Notes: generated by a model not told the origin, from the sequence alone. Positions 1-10,634 are shown, counted from the first letter of the stretch. The stretch is 64,000 bases of DNA from an uncultured Acidobacteriota bacterium (GCA_963843575.1 CAWJKZ010000016.1:32001-96000); one strand, 5' to 3'. Numbers and translations: made by a program.

Positions 1-1167
1 CATCAGGTTCGCCGAGATCCCGAAGGCCTCCATCCCGATGAAGCTCACCAGCATCGAGAGCGGGATCACGGCGGCCACGATCAGGGCGCCTCGGATGTTC
101 CCGAGGAACAGGAAGAGGATCACCATGACGAGGACGCCCCCCTCGACGAGGTTGTTGCGCACCGTCCCGATCGTCCGGTCGATCACTTCCGACTGGTCGT
201 AGAAGGGGTTGAGGCGCACGCCCGAGGGGAGGGTCTTCTGGATCTCGGCGATGCGGGCCTTGACCCGCTGGATGACGTTGTTGCCGTTCTCCCCCTTCAG
301 CATGATGATCATGCCGGCGACGGTTTCGCCGTTGCCGTCGCGCGTGACCGCGCCCTGGCGCGGCATGGCGCCGACCTGCACCTCGGCGACGTCGCGCAGG
401 TAGACTGCGGTGCCGGAATGGCTGGTGAGCACGATGCGGCCGAGCTCCTGCGCGTCGCGCGCGCGTCCCAGGCCGCGCACCGTGTACTGCTCGGAGGCGT
501 GCTCGATGAAGCCGCCGCCGAAGTTGTCGTTGTTGTCGCGCAGCCGCTCGAAGACGTCGCGCAGGGTCAGCCCGTAGCTGCGCAGGCGTACGGCGTCGAC
601 GACGACGTGGTACTGGCGCGTCAGCCCCCCCCACGTGTTGATCTCGCTCACGCCGGGGACGGCGCGCAGCTGGTACTTCAGCTGCCAGTCGTGCAGCGTC
701 TTGAGGTCCATGGCCGAGTGGCCGCTCCCCTCGAGCGTGTACTGGTAGATCTCGCCGAAGGCCGTGGCTACGGGCCCCAGGGCCGGCTCGAGTCCGGCCG
801 GGATGCGCCCGCGCGCCTCGAGCAGACGCTCGTTGACCAGCTGGCGGGCGAAGTAGACGTCCACCGAGTCCTCGAACACGATCGTGACGATCGACAGCCC
901 GAGCTTCGAGATCGAGCGCACCTTCTCGGTGCGTGGCAGCCCCATCATCGCGGCCTCGATGGGGAACGTCACGAGCTGTTCGACCTCGACCGGGGCCATC
1001 CCGGGCGCTTCCGTGATGACCACGACCTGGTTGTTGGTCAGGTCCGGGAAGGCGTCGATGGGGAGGCGCGCGAGCGCCCACAGCCCCAGGCTGATCAGCC
1101 CGGCCAGGCCGACGAGCACGAACAGGCGGTGCTGCAAGTGGAAGTCGATGATTTTGCGGAGCAACAT
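1..1167 (-). CDS. czcA: CusA/CzcA family heavy-metal efflux RND permease (5' part; runs off the window start)
   Basis: Translated by hand from ATG 1167: MLRKIIDFHLQHRLFVL...LPIDAFPDLTNNQVVVITEAPGMAPVEVEQLVTFPIEAAM...SISKLGLSIVTIVF...LGPVATAFGEIYQY...PFYDQSEVIDRTIGTVRNNLVEGGVLV. The start overlaps the stop of the adaptor gene. Confidence 0.9.
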   Translation of the reverse strand, partial: MLLRKIIDFHLQHRLFVLVGLAGLISLGLWALARLPIDAFPDLTNNQVVVITEAPGMAPVEVEQLVTFPIEAAMMGLPRTEKVRSISKLGLSIVTIVFEDSVDVYFARQLVNERLLEARGRIPAGLEPALGPVATAFGEIYQYTLEGSGHSAMDLKTLHDWQLKYQLRAVPGVSEINTWGGLTRQYHVVVDAVRLRSYGLTLRDVFERLRDNNDNFGGGFIEHASEQYTVRGLGRARDAQELGRIVLTSHSGTAVYLRDVAEVQVGAMPRQGAVTRDGNGETVAGMIIMLKGENGNNVIQRVKARIAEIQKTLPSGVRLNPFYDQSEVIDRTIGTVRNNLVEGGVLVMVILFLFLGNIRGALIVAAVIPLSMLVSFIGMEAFGISANLM

Positions 1168-2405
1168 CAGTCCTCGGACACCTGGCTCTTCAGCAGTTCG
1201 GATTTCAGGAGAAAACTCCCGCCGGTCACGACGCTTTCGCCGGGCTTGAGCCCCTCCAGCACCTGGGTCTCTTGCCCGGACTGCCGGCCGACGGTGATCG
1301 GGCGGGCGCGAAACTGCGTGTCACTCTCCCGCACGAAGACCGTCGCCTGCCCGTCGACGTCCTGCACTGCTTCAGTCGGGACGAGCACGGCCTCGCGCAT
1401 CTCGCCGACCTCCAGCGACACCGTCGCGTACATCTCCGGCTTGAGCCTCCCGTCGGTGTTGCGGGCCTCGCACCTCACCTCGACCGTGCGGGTTTCGGGG
1501 TTGAGGCTGTCGCCGATGTGGGTGATCCGGCCGGGGAATACCGTGTCGCCGTAGGCCTGGACCGTGATGTCGACGACGCGGCCGACCTTGAGGGCGGAGA
1601 GGTATTTCTCGGCCACCTCGGCGTTGACCCACAGCACGCTGAGGTCGCTCACGACCATCAGGTCGCTGGCGGGCGAAACGACCGCCCCCGGGCTGCAGAA
1701 GCGCTTCAGGACCGTCCCGGCGATCGGGGCCAGCACGGGCACCAGTTCGTCCTCCTCGAACTCGCCGGGCTTGCCCGGCTTGGCGTACTCCTCCTCGGCC
1801 CCCTCCGCCGAAACGCCGAGGTGCCGCAGGTGCTCCTCGATGCGGTTGATCTCGGCCTGGGCCGACGCGATGCCGAGCTGGGCGCTGTGCATGTCGGTCT
1901 CGGTGCGCTGGACCTGCTCCAGCGAGGCGGCCTTCAGCTCGTACAGCCGGGCGGCCCGGTTGCGCGCGTTGGTGGCGAACTCGAGCTCCCCCTGGCGGCG
2001 TCGGAGCTCGGCCATCGCCTTGGCGTACTCGGCGCGGGCGTCGTGCACCTCGTGGCTGTGAAGCCGCGCCAGTAGCTTCCCCTGCGTGACGCGGTCGCCA
2101 ACGTTCGCGTACACCGCAATCACCCGCCCGTCCACGATGGAACCGATCCGGGACGTGAGGTTTTCGTTGACCCCGATCCGGCCCGTCACCTGCAGGACCT
2201 CGGGCATGGGCGCCAGCCTGACCGCCTGCCACCGGATCCGCCCGTCGCGGACCGGGGCGGCGTCCACCCTGACCAGCTTCGGGTCGCGGGGGGCCGGGGT
2301 CGCGGCGGCCGGGGGGGCTTCGGCCGGCCGGGTGCCGCACGCGGCGAGCAACGTCAGCGCAAGCGCCGGCACCGCAGACAAGAAACTGATCCTATGGCTG
2401 AACAC
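1167..2405 (-). CDS. czcB: RND efflux periplasmic adaptor (CzcB-like membrane fusion lipoprotein)
   Basis: Lipobox LAAC, lipoyl/hairpin MFP motifs (VGDRVTQG, APIAGTV, RLKPEMYA, GLKPGESVV); lies between the TolC and RND genes. Confidence 0.9.
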   Translation of the reverse strand: MFSHRISFLSAVPALALTLLAACGTRPAEAPPAAATPAPRDPKLVRVDAAPVRDGRIRWQAVRLAPMPEVLQVTGRIGVNENLTSRIGSIVDGRVIAVYANVGDRVTQGKLLARLHSHEVHDARAEYAKAMAELRRRQGELEFATNARNRAARLYELKAASLEQVQRTETDMHSAQLGIASAQAEINRIEEHLRHLGVSAEGAEEEYAKPGKPGEFEEDELVPVLAPIAGTVLKRFCSPGAVVSPASDLMVVSDLSVLWVNAEVAEKYLSALKVGRVVDITVQAYGDTVFPGRITHIGDSLNPETRTVEVRCEARNTDGRLKPEMYATVSLEVGEMREAVLVPTEAVQDVDGQATVFVRESDTQFRARPITVGRQSGQETQVLEGLKPGESVVTGGSFLLKSELLKSQVSED

Positions 2406-3684
2406 GTGGCAGTCCCTCCACCGGAACGACGTTTTCCACCCCGACCGAACTCTCCAACTCGGCCTGGCTGAGCCGGTACTCGATCTGGGTGCGGGTGAAC
2501 AGAAGCCGGACCTCGTTGCGGACGCGCTGGGCGTCCAGCAGCCGCAGCAGGTCGGCCCCCCCCTGCTGGTAGGCCGCCAGCGAGATGCGCCAGGACTCGT
2601 CCGCTCGCTCCACCATCCCCTTCTCCAGCTGGCCCAGCATGGCGGCGCGGCGGCGCAGCCCGGCCAGCGCCGCCGCCACCTCCGCGTCGATCTGCGCCAG
2701 GACGGCGCGCTGCGCGTGCTCGGCCCGCTCCACCTCGGCCAGGCTGTGGACGATGTTCCCCTGGTTCTTGTTGAAGACCATCAGGGGCACCGAGAGGCCC
2801 CCGAGGAGCGTGTCGAACCCGGCCGTGCGCTTGTACCCGAACAGCACGTTCCAGTCGGGCTTGGCCAGGGATTTCTGCACGTCACTCTCGGCACGCGCCC
2901 GGGCGACCTGGGCCTCGGCCAGTTGCGCCTCGGCCCGGCGCGTGTGCGCCAGCCCGACGAGAGCATCGCGGTCCTGCGGCGGCCCCGCCGGGGGCGGCGC
3001 CGGGGAGTCCGCCAGCCGCAGCGCCTGCGTCGGCCCAGGCAGCCCCATGGCACGGACGAGCTCGGCGTGCGCCCGGTCGACGTCCAGCGCGGCCGCGCTC
3101 TCGGCCAGGCTGAGGCGCTCGCGCTCGAGCAGCACCTTGATCAGGTCCGCCTCGGCCGACGCCCCTTGCTCGACGCGCGCCCGGTGGTAGTCGATGATCT
3201 GCTGGAAGTAGCGCCCGTTCTCCTCCATGAGCTCCAGCTGCCTCTGAGCCAGCAGGCCGCGCAGGAAGGCCTGCCGCACGTCCTGACGCACCTTCCAGCG
3301 CAGCGCCTCCAGCTCGACCTCCGCGATCCTGGCATCCCGGCGCGCCAGCTCGGTCCGAAGGAAGCGCTTCCCACCGCGCTCGACCGGCTGCGCGACATAG
3401 GCGAACAGATCCAGTTCCTGCAAGGGGCGGAATCCCGGATTGCCGGCGAAACGCCAGTTTTCCGACTGGAGGAAAATCTCCGGGTTCGGCCGCAGCGCGG
3501 CCTGGCTTTCGAGCCCCGCGACCCCGCGCACCCGCGCCGCCGCCGCCTGGAGCGTGGCGTGGCCGGCGAGCGCGAGCTCAACCGCCCGGTCGACGGTCAA
3601 CTCGGCAGGAGCGGGCGACTGCTCGGCCCGGACGGCGACGACGAACAACAGCAATGCTACGAGCCGGGCAACCAGCGCTCTCAC
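2392..3684 (-). CDS. TolC family outer membrane efflux protein (CzcC-like)
   Basis: Probable GTG start at 3684 after AAGGAGG; signal peptide; OEP repeats (LRPNP, QPVERGGKR, LSVPLMVFNKNQG, AYQQG..DLLRLLDAQR). Confidence 0.88.
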   Translation of the reverse strand: MRALVARLVALLLFVVAVRAEQSPAPAELTVDRAVELALAGHATLQAAAARVRGVAGLESQAALRPNPEIFLQSENWRFAGNPGFRPLQELDLFAYVAQPVERGGKRFLRTELARRDARIAEVELEALRWKVRQDVRQAFLRGLLAQRQLELMEENGRYFQQIIDYHRARVEQGASAEADLIKVLLERERLSLAESAAALDVDRAHAELVRAMGLPGPTQALRLADSPAPPPAGPPQDRDALVGLAHTRRAEAQLAEAQVARARAESDVQKSLAKPDWNVLFGYKRTAGFDTLLGGLSVPLMVFNKNQGNIVHSLAEVERAEHAQRAVLAQIDAEVAAALAGLRRRAAMLGQLEKGMVERADESWRISLAAYQQGGADLLRLLDAQRVRNEVRLLFTRTQIEYRLSQAELESSVGVENVVPVEGLPRVQP

Positions 3685-4143
3685 GGTAAGGCCTCCTTGA
3701 TCCGGCCCAGAATACCGGACGCGGACCCCGTCCGGCAGCAAAAATCGAGGCGCCCGCCAAGGAAAACATCGCGGTGTAGCTCAGGACGAAGGCGATGTCG
3801 GCGTATGGAGAACCTCCCGCGACCGGTTCGCCGACGGACGCCGAGGGAAGCGCCGACAAGGTGAGCGGCTCGGCGCATGTCGGCGTACGGAAAGCCCTGC
3901 GCGGCCGGTTGTGAGCCTGTTGCCTTCGGCGGCAGGAGCTGGAGATGTGTGAGAGAATGTGGCGCGCGTACCGGGCGATCTGGGCGTCCGCATTCACGAT
4001 AGGAGGGGCCGGCAGTTGTCACTGGCCATCCGGCATCGTACGATCCATGTATGACGTCGGCGCGACCCGTACTTTAACGCAGGTTCTCAGGGTTGTGACT
4101 CGCGGTCCGTCCAACCCCGAGGCGAAACGACCGGAGGAGAAGC

Positions 4144-6519
4144 GTGAACGGGAAATCGGTATCCGTCGTTGTCCTGGCTGTTTCTCTCACGTCCGCCACG
4201 GCGTGGGTCTCGCCCTCGCAACACGATTCGATTGCAGAGGCGATCGGAAACCTCGATCCCCGCGTCCTCGCGGACGTGCCGGGCGAGCGGCTCACCCGGA
4301 TGCTGGAGGATCATGCGCGTCAGGGGATCGCAGTCGCCAACCGGCGTTCCACGGATCAATGGCGACAGGTCTCCACACCGGCGCAGTGGGTACGGTTCCG
4401 GCGCGAAAAACTGGACGCGCTGTGGACCTCGCTTGGACGTTTCCCGGAGATCGCCGCAAACCTGAACACACGCACGACCAGGACGCTCCCTGGCGAGGGA
4501 TATGCCGTCGAAAACCTGGTTTTCGAAAGCCGCCCCGGCTTGTGGGTCACGGCGAATCTCTACCGTCCGGAACCGGCGCGGCAGTCTATGGCGGGGATCC
4601 TGCTGTGCCACAGCCACCACAATCCGAAGTCACAGGTGGAACTGCAGGACATGGGGATGACCTGGGCGCGCGCCGGCTGCCTCGTGCTCGTCATGGACCA
4701 ACCGGGCCACGGCGAACGACGGCAGCATCCTTTCACTTCCGAGCGAGATTATCCCGGCCAGTTTCCAGTGGGGAGGCAGGACTATTACTTCCGCTACAAT
4801 ACCGGCATTCAGCTGCAGCTGATCGGCGACAGCCTGATGGGGTGGATGGTGTGGGATCTGAGGCGCGGGGTGGACCTGTTGCTGTCACGCGCGGGGATAG
4901 ATCCGAAACGCATCGTCCTCATGGGTTCCGTGGCAGGAGGTGGCGATCCCGCCGCGGTCGCTTCGGCCCTGGACGACCGAATCGGCGCCGCGGTTCCTTT
5001 CAACTTCGGCGGTCCCCAGCCGGAGACGCCCTTTCCCCTCCCGGCGGACCCGGAAAATACATTCAATTATGCGGGCAGCGGCAGCTGGGAATCGACGCGC
5101 AACCTGCGGCTCTCGTGCCGTGACGGTTTTCTGCCGTGGGTCATCATCGGCAGCATCGCGCCGCGCAGGCTCGTCTACGCCCACGAGTTCGGCTGGGACC
5201 GGGAGAACGACCCTGTCTGGAACCGGCTGCAGCGGATCTACGCGGATTTCTACCGATCCCCGGAGGTCCTCGACTACACGAGCGGTTTCGGATTGCTGGC
5301 GGGTCGTCCTCCCGAGGCCTCGCACTGCAACAACATCGGGTTACCCCACCGGCAGCGCATCCACGCGGCCCTGCAAAGGTGGTTCGGCATCCCTTGCGGC
5401 CCGGCGCAGGAATACCAGAACCGGCTCCCGGACGGGGACCTGCAATGCATGACGGGCGCCCTGGCGGCCGAACTGAAACCGCGATCGCTCCAGTCGCTCG
5501 TCTCTGAGGTGGGGCGTGCAAGAGCCCTGCAGCACCGGGGACAGGGCCGCGATCTCACGCCTGCGGCGCGGACTCAGCGATTGCAGGGCGAGTGGAGAGC
5601 CCTCCTGGGCGATATCGAACCCGGCCAGCCGCGGATCATCAGGTCGAGCACGAGTGTCCTCAACCGTCTGCATGTGGAGCGGGTGGAACTCGAGACAGAA
5701 CCTGGCATCGTCGTTCCAGTCCTCATCCTGAGATATGGGCCCGGCCGCGTCCCCAGACCCGTCGTCGTTGCGCTCTCGCACGCGGGCAAGGCCGCATTTC
5801 TGCGGGAGCGTGCTGCGGCTGTATCCGGATTGTTGAGAGGCGGCGCTGCCGTCTGCCTGCCCGATCTGCGGGGCACCGGCGAGACGAGTCCGGACAGTTA
5901 CCGGGGGCGGAGCAGCGATGCTACCTCGGTGGCTGCCACGGAGCTGATGCTGGGTGGGACGCTGGTCGGTGCACGCCTGCGTGATGTCCGAAGCACGCTC
6001 CGCTCTTTGCGTTTGCGACCGGATCTCGATGCCGGCCGCATTGCCGTGTGGGCCGACTCATTCGCTTCCGTCAACCCGCCCGGCCGCGATCTGAGAGTTC
6101 CCCTCGGAATCTCCAACGAACCGTCGCTCTCCGAACCGGATGGACCGCTGCTGGCCTTCCTGAGTGCCCTGTTTGAAGCAGACGTGAAGACGGTTTATGC
6201 CCGCGGCGGCTTGACGGGATTCGAGTCGGTGCTCCACAGTCAGTTCTGCTACCTGCCTTACGACACCGTCATTCCCGGCGTCCTGACCGTCGGCGATCTC
6301 TGCGACGTCGCCGCGGGCCTGGCACCGAAGCGCCTGAGGCTGGAAGGATTAGTCGACGGGCTGAATCGTCGCGTGGATCTGCCAACGGCAAGATCGATCT
6401 ACCAGCCCGCCCTCCAGTCCTACCAGGCGGCGGGTGCTGCCGCCAATCTAGTGGTGGGCGACCCTGCCGGGGACGCCGACGTTGCCGAGTGGATACTCCA
6501 CGGCCTGAAACGCAGGTAG
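4144..6519 (+). CDS. Secreted two-domain alpha/beta hydrolase (acetylxylan esterase-like)
   Basis: Signal peptide; VENLVFESRPGLWVTANLYRP, DQPGHGER, GWMVWDLRRGVDLL; second hydrolase half with ETEPGIVVP and DLRGTGET. Confidence 0.75.
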   Translation: MNGKSVSVVVLAVSLTSATAWVSPSQHDSIAEAIGNLDPRVLADVPGERLTRMLEDHARQGIAVANRRSTDQWRQVSTPAQWVRFRREKLDALWTSLGRFPEIAANLNTRTTRTLPGEGYAVENLVFESRPGLWVTANLYRPEPARQSMAGILLCHSHHNPKSQVELQDMGMTWARAGCLVLVMDQPGHGERRQHPFTSERDYPGQFPVGRQDYYFRYNTGIQLQLIGDSLMGWMVWDLRRGVDLLLSRAGIDPKRIVLMGSVAGGGDPAAVASALDDRIGAAVPFNFGGPQPETPFPLPADPENTFNYAGSGSWESTRNLRLSCRDGFLPWVIIGSIAPRRLVYAHEFGWDRENDPVWNRLQRIYADFYRSPEVLDYTSGFGLLAGRPPEASHCNNIGLPHRQRIHAALQRWFGIPCGPAQEYQNRLPDGDLQCMTGALAAELKPRSLQSLVSEVGRARALQHRGQGRDLTPAARTQRLQGEWRALLGDIEPGQPRIIRSSTSVLNRLHVERVELETEPGIVVPVLILRYGPGRVPRPVVVALSHAGKAAFLRERAAAVSGLLRGGAAVCLPDLRGTGETSPDSYRGRSSDATSVAATELMLGGTLVGARLRDVRSTLRSLRLRPDLDAGRIAVWADSFASVNPPGRDLRVPLGISNEPSLSEPDGPLLAFLSALFEADVKTVYARGGLTGFESVLHSQFCYLPYDTVIPGVLTVGDLCDVAAGLAPKRLRLEGLVDGLNRRVDLPTARSIYQPALQSYQAAGAAANLVVGDPAGDADVAEWILHGLKRR

Positions 6520-6635
6520 CCCGGGTGGCTTCCAACGCGTGGCCGCGACTCACGCGGGGAGGTCGTTCGGGCACAGGCGGGCTGGATGCCGGGCCCCCTC
6601 GCAGCGTCCGGGCCGGCTCACACGGGCGGCGTAAG

Positions 6636-7101
6636 TCAGCGAGGTTGATCGCCCACCCCTGGCGTGCGGCTGACCTTTTCGGCCAGCTCCATGACGCGAA
6701 GAAGGTTGCCGCCGAGAATCTTCCGGATGTCGTCCTCCGAATAGCCCTTGCGGAGCAACGCCTCGGTGATTTTCGGCAGCTTCGAGCAATCTTCCAGCCC
6801 GTCCGGCATGTTGGCCCCGTCGAAATCGGACCCGAGTCCGACGTGGTCGGGGCCGGCAAGGCGTACAACGTGATCGATGTGTTCGATTATCCTTTCCCAA
6901 CTCACGTGCGGCAGCGTTCCCTGCTCGGTGAGGAGGCGTTCGCGTCTCGACATGGCGCGACCCGCACACTCGCTGTCCTCGCCGCACGACTTGACGATTT
7001 CCTCCATCTGAGCCACGACGCCCCCGACCGCACTCTCATTAGCGTCGTTGTAGGCCTGGTCGAGGAAGCTCTTCTCGTAATTGATTTGAATGACGCCGCC
7101 C
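6636..7101 (-). pseudogene. 3' fragment of a membrane dipeptidase (peptidase M19), 5' end replaced by a repeat element
   Basis: GGVIQINY...EHIDHVVRLAGPDHVGLGSDFDG...GLEDCSKLPKITEALLRKGYSEDDIRKILGGNLLRV is the M19 C-terminal third. Similarity stops at about 7100, where a MITE-like end begins. Confidence 0.8.
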
Positions 7102-7192
7102 CTGTCAATAGCAATCTCCTGTCTTGGGTTGCCGCATGATCTGTTGGCTCGGGAGCCGTCAGCAAAATGTGAAATTATTCTTGCGCGAGCCC
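7099..7192 (-). mobile_element. MITE family A, partial copy (one end)
   Basis: Reverse complement GGGCTCGCGCAAGAATAATTTCACATTTTGCTGACGGCTCCCGAGCCAACAGATC... matches 56692-56785. Confidence 0.8.
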
Positions 7193-7314
7193 TGAGGACC
7201 CTCGCGGCGCGGGCCCGCGGGCGGTATTGATGGCCCACGGGGGAAGCGGTATGGTTTGGGCAGAATTTCTTCCCACGCCCTAATGCGGCAAGACGCTTCG
7301 AAGGGATCACGGCA

Positions 7315-10300
7315 TTGGCGGCACTTCGCATCGAAATGTTGGGTGGCTTCTGTATCACTCACGGGGACAAAACGGTCACGACCGTCAATACCAGCCGCCT
7401 GCAATCCCTGCTGGCGTACCTGGTGCTCAAGGGCGCGGCCGGTCAGTCGCGCGAGCACCTTGCGTTCCTGTTCTGGCCGGACTCCTCGGAGTCTCAGGCA
7501 CGCACAAACCTGCGGCAACTCCTGCACCACCTCCGCTCCGGTCTGCCGGACTGCGACACCTACATGGAAGTTGGCTCCCGTGCTCTTCGCTGGAGGAGCG
7601 ACTCGGACTTTTCGTCCGATGTAGCGGAATTCGAGCGCGCCGCATCCGCAGCCCAGGTCGAAGAGGCCGGCCACAATAACTCGCGTCCTCTCCGGGAACG
7701 CCTCGAAAGCGCTGCCCGGCTCTACCGGGGCGACCTGCTCCCGGGTTTTTATGACGAGTGGATCCGGGCGGAGCGCCAGCTGCTGCGACAGAGCTACATC
7801 GGTGTGCTCACCCGGTTGATCGCTCACCTCGAGAAGGCGGGGGAATATCCTGCCGCCATTTCGTACGGCGAGCGGCTGCTCTCCTGCGATCCGCTGAGCG
7901 AAGCCAGGTATCAGACCCTGATTCGCCTGCACGCTCTGAACGGGGACCGGGCGGCGGCGACGCGCGCATACCATCAGTGCGTCGCCGCGCTGCGGAGCGA
8001 ACTGAACGTCGAGCCGGGGATCTCCACGCGAAAGCTCTACGAGGAGATGGCGCGGCTTGCTCCGGCACCAGCTGTAGCGCAAACCTCCGAATCCGGGTCG
8101 CCCAATTCCTGCTTGCCCCTGGTGGGGAGGCGGAAAGAGCTGAATCGAATCCTGGACGCGTGGCACACCGCGGCCGGCGGCCGGGCTCTCTTTGTGCTCA
8201 TTCTGGGCGAGTCCGGCATCGGGAAGACGCGTCTGGCCCAAGAAGCGATCAGCGAAGTGGGCCAGGGATCCCACGCGGCGTACGCGCGCTGTTATGCGGC
8301 GGAGCACGATCTGGCTTATGCGCCCGTGACCCACTGGCTGCGAAGCGAGCCGATCCGGAGCGGCATCTCGAGGCTCCCAGAATCCGACCTAAGCGAGCTG
8401 GTGCGGGTCGTTCCTGAACTTCTGAGGGAACACCCCGGGCTTGCACCTCCGCAGCCGCTGGCCGAAGGGTGGCATCGACGCCGTTTCCTTGAGATTCTGG
8501 CCCGCGCGGTGCTCGATGCGGCTCAGCCGCTCCTGCTGGTGCTGGACGACCTGCACTGGTGCGACCCGGAGACGTTGGAGTGGCTGGAGTTCCTGCTCCA
8601 CTTCGACCCGAAGGCGAAGCTGCTGGTCCTGGGCGCCACGCAAGCCGAGGAGATCGGCGGCAGGCATGTTCTTCGGCCGCTGCTCGATCGGCTGATCAAG
8701 GAAAACATCGCGAGCGAGATTGTGCTTCCGGCGCTCGACAGAGACGAGACCGCGGCCCTTGTGCGACACGTGTCCCGTGAGAAACTCGACAGCCGCTCCA
8801 CGGAGCGCATCCATCACTACACGGAAGGGAATCCCCTCTTCGTGGTGGAGAGTGTGCTGGCCGGACTGGCCACTGCGGCTGACGGCGAGAACCGAGGCGA
8901 GGCGGATAGATCGCCCCCGGGCCTGGACGCGCCCCTCCCGCCGAAGGTGCGAGCGGTGCTGGCCTCCCGCCTGGCCCAGCTATCCCCGCCCGCTCGCGAC
9001 GTGGCGGGGGCAGCCGCTGCGATCGGCCGCGCCTTCGGTTTCGAGCTGCTTCTCAAAGCCTGCACACTCAGCGAGGCCGATCTGATTCCTCTTGTCGACG
9101 AACTCTGGGAACGGCGGATCATTCGCGGCGCGGGTCAGGGACTGTATGATTTTTCGCACGACAAGCTGCGCGAAGTCGCCTACGAGGAAGTCGGTCCGGG
9201 GCGAAGAACGTTGCTGCACCGCTCGGTGGCGGAAGCTTTCGAAGCGGCGGACAACGCGGAGGCGGCGACCGCGCAGGTCGCCGGCCATTATGAGCGGGCC
9301 GGCATGCCGGCCCGGGCTATCCCGCACTACGTCAAGGCGGCGAAGTCGAGCAGGACCCGCTATGCGGACAAGGACGCCATCGAATATCTGACCAGGGCCC
9401 TGCACCTTCTCCAGACGCTGGCTCAGACCCGGAAGCGCGACGAACAGGAACTGGAGATCCTGGTACTGCTGGGAGCGGCGCTGGTGTCCGTCCAGGGATA
9501 CGCGGCAACCGAGGTTGGGCGGGTCTACGACCGCGCGCGCCTGCTGTGCGAGTTCCTGGACGCACGACAGCCCTATTTCCCGGTGCTCTGGGGATCGTGG
9601 GTTTTCCATGTCGTGAGGGCCAGCTTTCAGACGGCCAGGGAATTCGCCAACCGCTTCCGCCATCTCGCGGAGGACGGCGGCAACCCGACCCTCGCTGCCG
9701 CCGGCCACTTCATGATGGGGTGCACGCTGTTTCACGTCGGCAAGACCGCCGAGGCACGCAGCCACTTCGCCGACGCCCTTGAGCGCTATGACCCGCAGCA
9801 TTACCCGTTTCTGCTGCACGAGTACGGGCCGGAACTCGGCGTGTTCTGCCAGGCCTACCTGGCGCACTGCCTTTGGATCCTCGGCTGCCCGCAACAGTCC
9901 CTCGATCGAATCTCCCGCGCGGTGACCCGGGCCCGCGAGCTCGACGATCCATTCAGCGTCACCCTGGCGCTTGTTTACTCCGCCATGCTCCACCAGTTTC
10001 TTGGGAATCCCGGCGAGTCACGGGACCTGGCAGAACAGGCCGCAGCCCTGTGCGACGAGCACGGCTTCCGATACTACCAGGCGTGGCCGCCCATAATCAG
10101 GGGCTGGGCCATGGCCGCCTCCGGCAGGGCAGAAGAGGGGGCGGCCATGATCGGCGAAGGAGTGGACAGTCTCAGGCGAATTCAATCACGACTTCGGGAA
10201 CCGTATTATCTCGGCTTGCTGGCACACGCCTGCATCGCCGCGGGCCGATCGGACGAAGCCTTGAAGCACGTCAGAGACGCCTTCGCCGCTATCGAGCACG

Positions 10301-10617
10301 GCGGGGAAACCTGGGCGGAGGCCGAGATCCACAGGGTCAGAGGAATGCTCCTTCAGGACCAGGGTGACGCGCGGGGTGCCGAACAGAGTTACCAGCGCGC
10401 CTATTCGCTCGCCAGTCGACAGGAGGCCCGTTCGTTTGCACTCCGTGCCGCCATCTCGCTGGTCAGGTTGTGGATAATGCAGGGCAAGCGCATTCAGGCA
10501 CAAAGGCTCGTGCGGGAGGTGCACGACAGGTTTGCCGGGCAGGCGGAGGCCCCGGATCTGGCGGAGCTGGATTCTCTGCTGGGGGGCGCGACCCGGCACA
10601 GGCGCTGGCGTGAGTGA
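7315..10617 (+). CDS. AfsR/SARP-family transcriptional regulator (wHTH-BTAD-AAA ATPase-TPR)
   Basis: LRIEMLGGF, LLAYLVL, LFWPDSSESQARTNLRQLLHHLR, LYRGDLLPGFYDEW (BTAD), Walker A GESGIGKT, Walker B LLVLDDLHW, YDFSHDKLREVAY, TPR C-terminus. Confidence 0.9.
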   Translation: MAALRIEMLGGFCITHGDKTVTTVNTSRLQSLLAYLVLKGAAGQSREHLAFLFWPDSSESQARTNLRQLLHHLRSGLPDCDTYMEVGSRALRWRSDSDFSSDVAEFERAASAAQVEEAGHNNSRPLRERLESAARLYRGDLLPGFYDEWIRAERQLLRQSYIGVLTRLIAHLEKAGEYPAAISYGERLLSCDPLSEARYQTLIRLHALNGDRAAATRAYHQCVAALRSELNVEPGISTRKLYEEMARLAPAPAVAQTSESGSPNSCLPLVGRRKELNRILDAWHTAAGGRALFVLILGESGIGKTRLAQEAISEVGQGSHAAYARCYAAEHDLAYAPVTHWLRSEPIRSGISRLPESDLSELVRVVPELLREHPGLAPPQPLAEGWHRRRFLEILARAVLDAAQPLLLVLDDLHWCDPETLEWLEFLLHFDPKAKLLVLGATQAEEIGGRHVLRPLLDRLIKENIASEIVLPALDRDETAALVRHVSREKLDSRSTERIHHYTEGNPLFVVESVLAGLATAADGENRGEADRSPPGLDAPLPPKVRAVLASRLAQLSPPARDVAGAAAAIGRAFGFELLLKACTLSEADLIPLVDELWERRIIRGAGQGLYDFSHDKLREVAYEEVGPGRRTLLHRSVAEAFEAADNAEAATAQVAGHYERAGMPARAIPHYVKAAKSSRTRYADKDAIEYLTRALHLLQTLAQTRKRDEQELEILVLLGAALVSVQGYAATEVGRVYDRARLLCEFLDARQPYFPVLWGSWVFHVVRASFQTAREFANRFRHLAEDGGNPTLAAAGHFMMGCTLFHVGKTAEARSHFADALERYDPQHYPFLLHEYGPELGVFCQAYLAHCLWILGCPQQSLDRISRAVTRARELDDPFSVTLALVYSAMLHQFLGNPGESRDLAEQAAALCDEHGFRYYQAWPPIIRGWAMAASGRAEEGAAMIGEGVDSLRRIQSRLREPYYLGLLAHACIAAGRSDEALKHVRDAFAAIEHGGETWAEAEIHRVRGMLLQDQGDARGAEQSYQRAYSLASRQEARSFALRAAISLVRLWIMQGKRIQAQRLVREVHDRFAGQAEAPDLAELDSLLGGATRHRRWRE

Positions 10618-10634
10618 TCCCCCCGGTATCCCGC

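Noticed and set aside
3578-3997. Small ORF upstream of czcCBA as a metal-sensing RAPP/RGPP-type leader peptide
   Set aside because: It has RGPRP rather than RGPP, no signal peptide or CxxC, no stop near the motif, and it overlaps the TolC start by over 100 nt.
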